Shown here in pieces: positions 1 through 8,162 of a DNA stretch of 64,000 nucleotides. Each line of letters starts with the position of its first letter. The stretch's first letter is position 1. The stretch lies in assembly GCA_965223505.1 (NCBI GenBank), contig CBDCWP010000040.1, forward strand, positions 128,001-192,000, written 5' to 3'. The DNA is from Planctomycetota bacterium. Lineage in GTDB: Bacteria; Planctomycetota; PLA2; JAEUHO01. The notes beneath the pieces were generated by a model. It made no database searches, was not told the DNA's origin, and worked only from the letters and a program-made list of their open reading frames with translations. Position numbers and translations under genes: made by a program.

Positions 1-226
1 CGAGCGCTCCGGTGTCCCGGTTGGGACGCTTCAGCGCTGGGCTCGCCGACTGCGAAGCGAGGCGGCGAGCGCGGTCGAGCCCTTCGTGGAGCTCGCACCC
101 GTTCAGCCGGAATCTTGCGAGGAGCGCGTCGAAGTCGTGCTGTGTTCAGGCCGCACGATCTACCTGCCGACATCGAAACCGTTCGTGGGGCTCGAGGAGC
201 TCGTGACGCTGCTCGAGTCGTGCTGA
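1..226 (+). CDS. tnpA: IS66 accessory protein TnpA (5' truncated by window)
   Basis: Frame 2, not in ORF track: ERSGVPVGTLQRWARRLRSE...PFVEL...VEVVLCSGRTIYLP...LEELVTLLESC*. Its TGA overlaps the tnpB GTG (GTGCTGA). Confidence 0.8.
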   Translation, partial: ERSGVPVGTLQRWARRLRSEAASAVEPFVELAPVQPESCEERVEVVLCSGRTIYLPTSKPFVGLEELVTLLESC

Positions 227-600
227 GCCTGCCGGACGCGGTGCGCGTGTTCGTAGCGCGCGAGCCGGTGGACTTTCGCAAGGCGCACGACGGGCTGTGC
301 CAGGTCGTTCGCGACGTCTTCGGCGACGACCCGCTCTCGGGGCATCTGTTCGTGTTCACCAACAAGCGTCGTGATCGTATCAAGCTGCTCTTCTGGGACC
401 GCAACGGACTGTGGCTTCTGTACAAGCGATTGGAGCGCGGCACGTTCCCGCGCTTCTCGCTGCCCGGACGTGCATCGCGCCGCGAGGTCGATCGTTCGTG
501 GCTTGCGATGTTGCTCGACGGATTGGAGCCGTTCTCGGCAAAAGTTCATTCGCGTCATGTCCGACGTGTGCGTATAGATGAACGCAGCGCGCATGGATGA
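220..600 (+). CDS. tnpB: IS66 accessory protein TnpB (Orf2)
   Basis: PVDFRKAHDGL...DPLSGHLFVFTNKRRDRIKLLFWDRNGLWLLYKRLERGTF is the classic IS66 TnpB signature. Confidence 0.95.
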   Translation: MLSLPDAVRVFVAREPVDFRKAHDGLCQVVRDVFGDDPLSGHLFVFTNKRRDRIKLLFWDRNGLWLLYKRLERGTFPRFSLPGRASRREVDRSWLAMLLDGLEPFSAKVHSRHVRRVRIDERSAHG

Positions 601-2185
601 ACGCACGGCCCTTCTCGAACGTATCAATGAGCTCGAGAACGAGGTGTCGGCGCGCGACGCGAAGATCGGAGAGCGCGACGCTGCGATCGAATCGCGCGAT
701 GCGAAGATCGCGCAACTCCTACAAAACGTGGATGCGCTCAAGCGCATGATCTGGGGCGGCTCGGAGAAGCAATCGACCAACGCTGCGCCGCTTGAATCCG
801 CGCAGTTGTTCCTGGCCGGCATCCTCGAGCGAGCGCTGCGCGGGCCTGAGGCCAAGGGTGCGGTGGCCACGAGCCAGATCCAGGTTCCTGCGCACACGCG
901 CAAGAAGAAGGGGCGCCGCAACCAGTTCCCCGAGCACCTGCCGGTGCTCAAGACGACGTTCGAGCTTGCGGAGACGGAGCGCTCATGCCCCTGCGGCGGC
1001 CATTTGGAGCCGATGGGCAAGCAAACCAGCAAGGAGCTCGAGCGGGTGGAGTTCTCGCTGGTGCACGAGATCGAGCGGGTGAAGTACAGCTGCCGAAGTT
1101 GCCAAGAGAACGTGGTGACCGCGGCGGGTCCTGAGCGGGTGATCGACAAGGGCATCCTGGGTGTGGGGTTCTTGGCGCACGTGCTCACGGAGCGGTTCTT
1201 GAATCACATGCCGTATCACCGGCAGGAGAAGAAGTACGGATCGGAAGGCCTTTCGCTCTCGCGCTCGGTGCTCTCTTCTTCCTCGATCCGCTGCGCACAG
1301 CTCCTGGAGCCCATCGTGGATCAACTGCGGCGCGAGATTCTGGGTTCGGACATCGTGCACACCGACGACACACCGGTGACGATGCTTCAAGACAGCACGG
1401 GCGTGAAGCGCCAGGCGCGGGTGTGGATCTATCGCGACATCGACGGCCGTTGCTTCTTCGATTTCACGCAGACTCGCAGCCGGGACGGGCCACAGAAGAT
1501 CTTCGGCGACTTCGGCGGCTACATCGTGGCCGATGCGTTTCCGGGCTACGACAAGTTCTTCACGCACGGCACGGCCACGGAAGTGGCCTGCTGGGCACAC
1601 GCGCGTCGGAAGTTCGTGGCGGCGGAGTCGAGCGAGCCGAAGCTGGCCAAGGAAGCGATTCGCCAGATCGGCGAGTTGTACGCAATCGAGAAGCTCGGCA
1701 AGGACCTGGACGCGAAAGCTCGAAGAGAGCTTCGCGTACGTGAGTCCCTGCCGCGACTTGGCGCGCTGCGGACGTGGTTCGCGGCAACGCGCTCGACGGT
1801 TCTGGACAAAGGCGCCATGGGCCAGGCCATCGACTACGCGCTATCCAACTGGGACGCGCTCGTGCGCTACACCGAGGACGGGCGGCTTCCGATCGACAAC
1901 AACGCCGCGGAGCGCGCGCTCAGAGGCGTCGCGGTGGGACGCAAGAACTGGATGTTCGTAGGCAACCAGGCCGGCGGCGAGACGGCCGCGGGAATGTACA
2001 GCCTGGTGGAGAGCTGCAAGGCCGCGGGCGTGAATCCGCGCGAGTACTTCCAGGACGTGTTGCTGCGCATCGCCACGTGCTCGGATGTGACCAAGCTCAC
2101 GCCGCACGGATGGAAGGAACACTTCCTGCCGGACGTCGAGCAGCGACGCCAGAGCGCGCTGAAGAAGCTCTTCGCTCGCGCGTAG
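578..2185 (+). CDS. tnpC: IS66 DDE transposase TnpC
   Basis: N-terminal coiled coil, CPCGG..C..C zinc finger, HTDDTPV, ADAFPGY, CWAHARRKF, IDNNAAERALR, GRKNW. Confidence 0.97.
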   Translation: MNAARMDERTALLERINELENEVSARDAKIGERDAAIESRDAKIAQLLQNVDALKRMIWGGSEKQSTNAAPLESAQLFLAGILERALRGPEAKGAVATSQIQVPAHTRKKKGRRNQFPEHLPVLKTTFELAETERSCPCGGHLEPMGKQTSKELERVEFSLVHEIERVKYSCRSCQENVVTAAGPERVIDKGILGVGFLAHVLTERFLNHMPYHRQEKKYGSEGLSLSRSVLSSSSIRCAQLLEPIVDQLRREILGSDIVHTDDTPVTMLQDSTGVKRQARVWIYRDIDGRCFFDFTQTRSRDGPQKIFGDFGGYIVADAFPGYDKFFTHGTATEVACWAHARRKFVAAESSEPKLAKEAIRQIGELYAIEKLGKDLDAKARRELRVRESLPRLGALRTWFAATRSTVLDKGAMGQAIDYALSNWDALVRYTEDGRLPIDNNAAERALRGVAVGRKNWMFVGNQAGGETAAGMYSLVESCKAAGVNPREYFQDVLLRIATCSDVTKLTPHGWKEHFLPDVEQRRQSALKKLFARA

Positions 2186-2304
2186 CGTCCCCTACGTGAC
2201 TCGCCGACGAACGCAAGGCGGGTTTCGCCGGACGCTTACACTTATCTTATACTGAGCAAGTCGGCCTCCGGGGTCGGCGCAGCCTATGATCCTGTTGCGT
2301 CCCG

Positions 2305-2799
2305 GTGATTGGAGCTATCTCAGTGCCCAGATCGACCGCCTGCATCGTTCTCTCCGCGTTCTTGTCGTGCGCTTGCGTGCAGCCCCAGTTCGCGCGCCCC
2401 GAACGCCGGACCGTCGCGAGGGAAGATCCCGCGGCGCCCTCTCCTCAGGTACGCAAGTCTCCGAGCGCGGAGCCTGGGCAGCCTGCTCCCACACCCAAAG
2501 GGGCGTCAACTGGGCTGGCGATCAAGACTGAGCGCATCAGATTCAATGATCGCCAAGTGCACAGCGTCGTGATCACTGGCAGTAACAACACGGTGTTCCT
2601 TGCCTCCAGCTCAACTACCGACCCGACCGTCTCCAGCGTCATCAATGGTGTCGGCACAGGACGCACTACCATTCCCCTCGTCGGACGATTCAAGCTCGTG
2701 GTTCGGGGGAACGGCAACGTCATCCACATTCCGGCGGCTGCTCGTGAACGCGCAGAGATCGAATTAAAGGGGGAACGAAACCAGTTTGTTTGGCAGTGA
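2305..2799 (+). CDS. Hypothetical lipoprotein-like protein (beta-rich C-terminus)
   Basis: Hydrophobic N-terminus with Cys (IVLSAFLSCAC), Pro-rich linker, repeated (I/V)xGxxNxV strands. Start uncertain. Confidence 0.55.
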   Translation: MIGAISVPRSTACIVLSAFLSCACVQPQFARPERRTVAREDPAAPSPQVRKSPSAEPGQPAPTPKGASTGLAIKTERIRFNDRQVHSVVITGSNNTVFLASSSTTDPTVSSVINGVGTGRTTIPLVGRFKLVVRGNGNVIHIPAAARERAEIELKGERNQFVWQ

Positions 2800-2867
2800 C
2801 GCGAGTGCGGGCGGAGTCAAGCGTCGCACTCCGCCAACGCAAGTTGCCTACCAGGGACGATCCAGTC

Positions 2868-4718
2868 CTAGCGAGGAACGATCAGCACCGTGCAGCCCGC
2901 CTCAGCAGCAAAGCCCTGCCGAAACGCTCTGCGATCCGCGATCGTCGAGTCGGGGTCGTAGATTACGAAGAGCGTGTGTCCGGCCGCTCTGTACTTGACG
3001 ATGTCGGCCGCGACCTCGTCTGTGATCTTGCTTGGTGGCCGCGTCTTCCGAGGGTACTTCGCCTCGATCAGCAGGTCGTGGCCCGCGACCTGATGGTCCG
3101 GTACCGCCCGTACGCTGGCGAATCGGATCGCGGGATGCTCGCGGCGCAGTGACTCTCCGTCGGCATTCAGCACCGCTTCGATGTGGTCGTTCAGCGAGTG
3201 TTCCCTGCTCGGCCGCTCATGCTGGAAGGCAATCGGGATGCTGTTCGACAGCCGGTCGGCGAGCGCCGCGATCAGAGCCTCTACAGGAGGTCTCAGATAG
3301 GCGCGATTCCGAATCAAGTCGAGCGCCGTGTCGGCCACGACGGGCAAAGCCGGATCGTCGTACAGATCTCGAAGGCGCCTGAGCGCACCGCGGACGCGGG
3401 AACCGTGGGTCTGCCACAGGCGCCACAACTGCTCGAGCGCTTCTGGCTCTGAGTCCACACCGACATGCGGTAAGACGGCGAGCAGATCATTGACGCGCTC
3501 TCGTCCGAATCGATCGACGCCCATCTCGGACGTCCTAATGGCCTGGCGCACGTAGTCCACGAACGTGGTCTTCTGCTCCGCGTCCAGGACGTCGCGGGCG
3601 AGATCCTTCGCATAGAGCTGCGGGTTCTCGTTGTCTTCCAGTTCGGCCGCAAGAATCGCCAAACGACGATCCACACACTGGAAGCAGCATCCGCAGTGCG
3701 TCTTCCCCTCGCCGAGAATGAAGGTCTTGGTGCATGAGACACTGCTCGGCAGCAGGTCGATCTGCCCGTGACTCTCAAGCAATCGAACCACATCAGTCTT
3801 GGTCTTCCACAGGAACGGCGTCGCGATCTCGAACGGCTCCTCCGCAATGATCGTGAACAGTTGGTTCAGGCCGGCAATGGTCCGCGGGTGAGTCGTACGG
3901 CTGGACCGACCGAGGCCGGCATCCTCACGCCGGGGGAAATTCAACGACGTGATGCCGTTCTCGCAGGCGGCGAATCCGTCACGACCGAGGGCGCGGCCTA
4001 AAGCGAACGCCATGCACGCATAGAGGAAGAAACGCGAGCGCTGCGTTTCCTCCTGTGCTCGCTCGCCTGTCAGGTGGCACCGGAACTGGTAGTGCGCCAC
4101 GCGCCCCGCGTATCGTCCCCTCAGTGCTCGCACCAGTTCTCGCTGCGTGCGCGTGACGCTCGGCTGGCGGGAGGAGTGGCTGACCAGACACAACGGGGAG
4201 TCGCGCGTGGAGAGGTGCTCGACCGCACCGGCGAGCGAGTCCAGGCCACCAGAGAACAACTGGACATCGGCGTCCGATGCGCACTCGGTCACTTCGCCGG
4301 TGTCGAAGAGCGATGCCGGCGGCGTGGCATGCCCGCCCTCGAACGCGAACCGGTACGGCTCATCGCCGGTCAGGAAGTGCAGGAGTTCCGTGAGGGCGTC
4401 TACGACGTCCGCACGCGCCCAGAACTCCGCGTCGCGGCAGCGGACCCGGAACTCAAGACGACGAGACCAGCTGTGAAACTCCAGGCTTGTGGGCGAGCCT
4501 CGTGATATCCGGCGATCTGCGCAGTAGACGTAGCTCGCCAGTTCGAGCAGATCGAGGAACCGCGGCGGGAGGGTTCCGAGACTCCGCACGAAGTCGGGCA
4601 ACCCGATCGCCACGTTCGCATCGGGCGGGCGGTACTCGAGCCGCAACTGCCCGCCCCTAGATCGCTCGCGTCGGCCCATCGCAGCACCGTTGCACAGAAT
4701 GACCGTGGGATCGCTCAT
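2868..4718 (-). CDS. QueC/QatC-like PP-loop ATPase fused to C-terminal PD-(D/E)xK (DpnII/MboI-like) nuclease domain
   Basis: PP-loop LFSGGLDS; ETQRSRFFLY; ENGITSLN; SSRTTHP; Zn motif SVSC...HCGCCFQCVDRR. C-terminal REHP...VPDH...LLIEAKY...EVAADIVKY...FVIYDP. ATG overlaps the upstream TGA. Confidence 0.88.
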   Translation of the reverse strand: MSDPTVILCNGAAMGRRERSRGGQLRLEYRPPDANVAIGLPDFVRSLGTLPPRFLDLLELASYVYCADRRISRGSPTSLEFHSWSRRLEFRVRCRDAEFWARADVVDALTELLHFLTGDEPYRFAFEGGHATPPASLFDTGEVTECASDADVQLFSGGLDSLAGAVEHLSTRDSPLCLVSHSSRQPSVTRTQRELVRALRGRYAGRVAHYQFRCHLTGERAQEETQRSRFFLYACMAFALGRALGRDGFAACENGITSLNFPRREDAGLGRSSRTTHPRTIAGLNQLFTIIAEEPFEIATPFLWKTKTDVVRLLESHGQIDLLPSSVSCTKTFILGEGKTHCGCCFQCVDRRLAILAAELEDNENPQLYAKDLARDVLDAEQKTTFVDYVRQAIRTSEMGVDRFGRERVNDLLAVLPHVGVDSEPEALEQLWRLWQTHGSRVRGALRRLRDLYDDPALPVVADTALDLIRNRAYLRPPVEALIAALADRLSNSIPIAFQHERPSREHSLNDHIEAVLNADGESLRREHPAIRFASVRAVPDHQVAGHDLLIEAKYPRKTRPPSKITDEVAADIVKYRAAGHTLFVIYDPDSTIADRRAFRQGFAAEAGCTVLIVPR

Positions 4719-5497
4719 CACTCGGACCGGCCCTCGCGAGCGAGCACTTCGCGCAACTTCTCAAAGGCGTATGCGACGAATCCTCGTACAACCGAGGCTG
4801 TGGGCTGCCCCTTCTGAGCGATCTTGTTGAACCAGCCCGCGGCGAATGACTGGGCGATGCGCGCTGTCTCGAACGCGTGTTGAGAGACGTCGTTCAGATG
4901 CGCGCTCAGGTCAGCGTCCAGCGCATCACGCGCGTCGAAGTCGGACGACGCGGCGGAAGCAGCGCGTTCCAGGTAGTACTTCAGATAGCGCTCCGTGCAG
5001 CCAGCGAAGAACAAGCGGGCGAGGTCAGAGAAAGCGGAGCCGCTACCCAGCTTGCGCCAGACCTCGTGAGGGTGCTTCAGCTCCTCGAAGAGCGGCGCAT
5101 CGTGGGGCTTCGCTTGGTCGTACCACGTCACGACCGCATCGGCGGCAGCCCGTGCAGCGAGTTCGGCGTACTCCGGTGCTCCTTCGCTCGCGCCAGCCGC
5201 ATCATGTAGGAATCTCGCCGCCGCCAGCGGCGTGACGGTTCGTTCCGTTCCCAGAAGACGTTTGAGCGTCGCGTCATCGGGCTCGCGGCAGGCGAGCCCG
5301 ACGGAGACCAGCGCCTGGAAGACGCCAACCGTGCTGTTGTCGGACGCGAGCCTGCTGAACCGGTCCCGCACGGCATCAAGGGTCTCGATCGCCACCGCGC
5401 CGATCGCCACCGTGCCCGAGGCGGCCCCAGAGACATCAGAGACGATGTTTTTCCACCGCCGCGTCTTGGGAAGGAAGCCGAGTCGCTCATGCCCCAT
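4718..5497 (-). CDS. Helical hypothetical protein starting MGHERLG; putative QatB-like partner of the QueC-like enzyme
   Basis: ATG at 5497 after a GGAGGGAAGG RBS; 259 aa; TGATG coupling to the QueC-like gene. The longer ORF-track start runs through GC-rich leader sequence. Confidence 0.75.
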   Translation of the reverse strand: MGHERLGFLPKTRRWKNIVSDVSGAASGTVAIGAVAIETLDAVRDRFSRLASDNSTVGVFQALVSVGLACREPDDATLKRLLGTERTVTPLAAARFLHDAAGASEGAPEYAELAARAAADAVVTWYDQAKPHDAPLFEELKHPHEVWRKLGSGSAFSDLARLFFAGCTERYLKYYLERAASAASSDFDARDALDADLSAHLNDVSQHAFETARIAQSFAAGWFNKIAQKGQPTASVVRGFVAYAFEKLREVLAREGRSE

Positions 5498-6008
5498 TTG
5501 TCGTGCCTTCCCTCCGCGTGCCCCCCCCCCGCTGGGCCCCGTCCCGGGCGGGGGCGCGGCTCGCGGACCACGTGACCCCGTCGTGAGCGGTCCGGACCGC
5601 TCCGCCCTCCGGCGAACCCCTCCGCCCCCGCCGAGCATATGCGCGCGGGGCGCCAGAGCACTACGGGCTGGCGGTCTGCCGCGGTGCCGGAGCACGCCGG
5701 GCGTCGGCCGTCACAGTGACCAACGGTGAGTGACGGTCGGGCGTTCAGGGCGCTGTAGCCGGTGGGAGACGGCGTCGTCAGGGACGGCAGGCGATACCTA
5801 ACATCGTGGTTCTGGGCAGAGCCGTGGTAGGCTCTCGGGGCGGGAAAGGGTTGATTCTGGACCCCGGGCAGCTCGGGGATTATGGGCCACGGTTCGCCTT
5901 CGGCGGGGTGCTCTAGGCCCAAAGGCCCATCCCAAAGCGCCCACGCCGTCGTGTTAGGTAGTCGGGGCTCCAGGACGCCTCACGTCGCCCTGTGGGCGCC
6001 CCCATCGG

Positions 6009-6383
6009 TCAGGCGTCCCGTTCGTCGCTCGAGCGCCCAGGACGCGCCCGTGCGCCATCGTCGCGCGCCGGTCCGGACACCCGGCCGACGCGCTTCCCCG
6101 AGTCGGGGCCCATCCCGGCCATGCGAAGCCGTGCCAACGCCTCGGCCGCCCGGAGTCGAAGGCGTGGCGTGAGACGCTCGTCCTCCGCCGCATCCGCAAG
6201 CGCCCCGGCGTGCTCGAACGGGGGCGCACGCTCAGCGAGCCGGGCAGCCACGACCATCAGCAGTAGCCGCGCGCTCTCGCGAGCGTCGCGCGCGTCCCAT
6301 CCACTGCGGCGGGGAAGGCTCGCCCGCCTCGCCTCCCACGGCTCCCACTCCCAGTCGGGCCGGTCATCGTCAGCCGCGCGCAT
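6009..6383 (-). CDS. Hypothetical protein downstream of terL, sharing a motif with the TerS-like gene
   Basis: TGATG coupling to the terL stop; segment ALADAAEDERLTPRLRLRAAEALARLRMAGM. Confidence 0.6.
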   Translation of the reverse strand: MRAADDDRPDWEWEPWEARRASLPRRSGWDARDARESARLLLMVVAARLAERAPPFEHAGALADAAEDERLTPRLRLRAAEALARLRMAGMGPDSGKRVGRVSGPARDDGARARPGRSSDERDA

Positions 6384-7702
6384 CAGCTCGACCACCTCGT
6401 TCGTTGGACCGCCCTACCGAAGCGTCCGACGAGGCGGGTCTTCTGCCGACGCGGCGTTCCGGCAACCGCGGGAAGCCGGGCCTCGATCAGCGATCCGTTG
6501 AACACAGCGACGGCGTAGGCGAGCACGTCTACCTGATCGTCATGAGCACCCTGCGGGAAGCCCAGCAGCTCGTCCACGAAGTCGCGACACCAGTGCGCAT
6601 GCCGAGGCAGGAGCACCCGCCCTCCTTCCAACGCAGCCGTCGCCGGCAGCGCGCGGGAGACCTTGTCGCGGTCGGCGCGCAGCTCGCGAATCGGAAGCCC
6701 GTGTCGGCGTGCCTCCTGGATCAGCGCCAGCTGGAAGCCGACCTTCTCAACCCACAGCACGGGCAGCTTCCATCGCGCGCGGGCGGCTTGCATTGCGGGG
6801 ACCAGGTCGGGGCCCTCGCGCCGGGCGCGGTCGATCGAAAGCACCAGCAACCGTCGATCGGGCGTCACTCCGAAGACCCCGATCACGGAGTAGTCGGCGC
6901 TGGTGCGAACTGACGCCGCGAGATCGACCGTGGCGAATCGTCGGAGCTTCGAAACGCGAAGGATCTCGCCGCCGGGCAACTGAACCGTTTCAGGCGAGGG
7001 CCTCGCGTAGCGGTGCTCGAACCACTCGGGCTTGAACAGACCGGCTCCGGCGGTCACGAATTGGGCCAGATGCTCTTGCGCGAACTGGAGCTCGCCCATG
7101 TCGCGTCGCGCGGCGACGAGCTCCTCGGCCGGGATGATGGGGTTCTCGCTCGTTGGCCGCTGCCAGCGTGCCCAATCCGACGACGTCTCCGCCGTCTGGA
7201 ACAGGTCCGCGATCCAGTTCATGCCGCACGGCGTCGTGAGGAACAGCGCCCAGCCCTGCCGGTCGGCCAGTGCGGGGCGGATGCCGTTGAGCCACGCCGC
7301 CTCCTTCATGAAGGCCGCTTCGTCGAGCACGACGCCGTCCAACCCGACGCCGCGAAGTGCGTCGGGATCGTCGGCGGACTTGACGGTGATCGCGCCGCCG
7401 CCCGGCAGCACGATGCGCATCTCCTTCTCGCGCTTCTCGATCCATGCGCCACGGAGCGCCTTCTTGAGATCGCGCCAGATCAGGAGTCCCTGGGGGTAGT
7501 TCGGCGCAACCCACCAGACGTTCCCGCCGTCGAGTGCACCGCGGAATCCGGAATCCGGCGGGCCGTGGCCCTCGACGCAGGCAATCAGGCCAAGCAGCGA
7601 TTTCCCCCAACGGCGACCGCACACCACGACCTTGAGCCGAGCCGGGTGTCGCAGCACGTCGAGTTGGTGCGCGAGCGGGTCAGGCAGGAGGATCTTCGCC
7701 AT
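6383..7702 (-). CDS. terL: Phage terminase large subunit
   Basis: Walker A CGRRWGKS, Walker B VVLDEAA, coupling motif LTTP, RNase-H-like nuclease VDLAAS..DYSV and C-terminal HDDQVD. Confidence 0.93.
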   Translation of the reverse strand: MAKILLPDPLAHQLDVLRHPARLKVVVCGRRWGKSLLGLIACVEGHGPPDSGFRGALDGGNVWWVAPNYPQGLLIWRDLKKALRGAWIEKREKEMRIVLPGGGAITVKSADDPDALRGVGLDGVVLDEAAFMKEAAWLNGIRPALADRQGWALFLTTPCGMNWIADLFQTAETSSDWARWQRPTSENPIIPAEELVAARRDMGELQFAQEHLAQFVTAGAGLFKPEWFEHRYARPSPETVQLPGGEILRVSKLRRFATVDLAASVRTSADYSVIGVFGVTPDRRLLVLSIDRARREGPDLVPAMQAARARWKLPVLWVEKVGFQLALIQEARRHGLPIRELRADRDKVSRALPATAALEGGRVLLPRHAHWCRDFVDELLGFPQGAHDDQVDVLAYAVAVFNGSLIEARLPAVAGTPRRQKTRLVGRFGRAVQRTRWSS

Positions 7703-8162
7703 CGTTCTCGCTCGGTTTCAGTGGCCCCTGGACGCCGTGCCCGTTCGACTCGGGCGCAGCGCTTCGAGGCAGGGCGGCATCGTCCCGGCTCTGTTCGGAC
7801 TCGAGAGAGGACGCCGCGCGCCAGTCCTTGGCCCGAACGATCTCGATCGACTGGTTCACCTGCGTGAGTGCGAGTGACTGCGGCCCCGGCTTGAGACCGA
7901 GCCGATCGAGGGCGACCTCGCGAGCGCCCGTCAGCTCAGACAACGCCTCCATGGCTTGGAGCCTGAGTTTCGCGAGCACCTCGGCCGCGCGGCGACGTTC
8001 GCGGATGTCGTTCTTCTCGTCGCCCGCGATCTTGGTCAGGACGGCGACGTCCAGGTTGTGCTGGAACGCGGGCGTATCGAGGAACGCTCGGTAGGCCTCG
8101 ATGGAATCCAGCGCCCTTTGCTCGAGTTCGTCGTCGTCGCCCTCGGGATCGCGCTCGTTCAC
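7680..8162 (-). CDS. Putative terminase small subunit
   Basis: 160 aa, helical; GTG overlaps the MTase TGA; lies directly upstream of and overlaps terL. Positional call. Confidence 0.6.
   Translation of the reverse strand: MNERDPEGDDDELEQRALDSIEAYRAFLDTPAFQHNLDVAVLTKIAGDEKNDIRERRRAAEVLAKLRLQAMEALSELTGAREVALDRLGLKPGPQSLALTQVNQSIEIVRAKDWRAASSLESEQSRDDAALPRSAAPESNGHGVQGPLKPSENDGEDPPA

Larger units (their letters stand above)
1..2239 (+). mobile_element. IS66-family insertion sequence (left end outside window)
   Basis: tnpA-tnpB-tnpC gene order. The right end GGTTTCGCCGGACGCTTAC (2221-2239) reads GTAAGCGTCCGGCGAAACC on the minus strand, the GTAA-start terminal inverted repeat typical of IS66. 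Confidence 0.93.

Noticed and set aside
2868..4718. Housekeeping queC (queuosine biosynthesis)
   Set aside because: Much longer than a stand-alone QueC, has a nuclease-like tail, has no queD/queE/queF neighbours, and lies in a mobile element.
5128..5922. 264-aa minus-strand ORF and the extended start of 4718-5695
   Set aside because: Low-complexity Arg/Gly/Pro translation overlapping the better-supported gene that starts at 5497.
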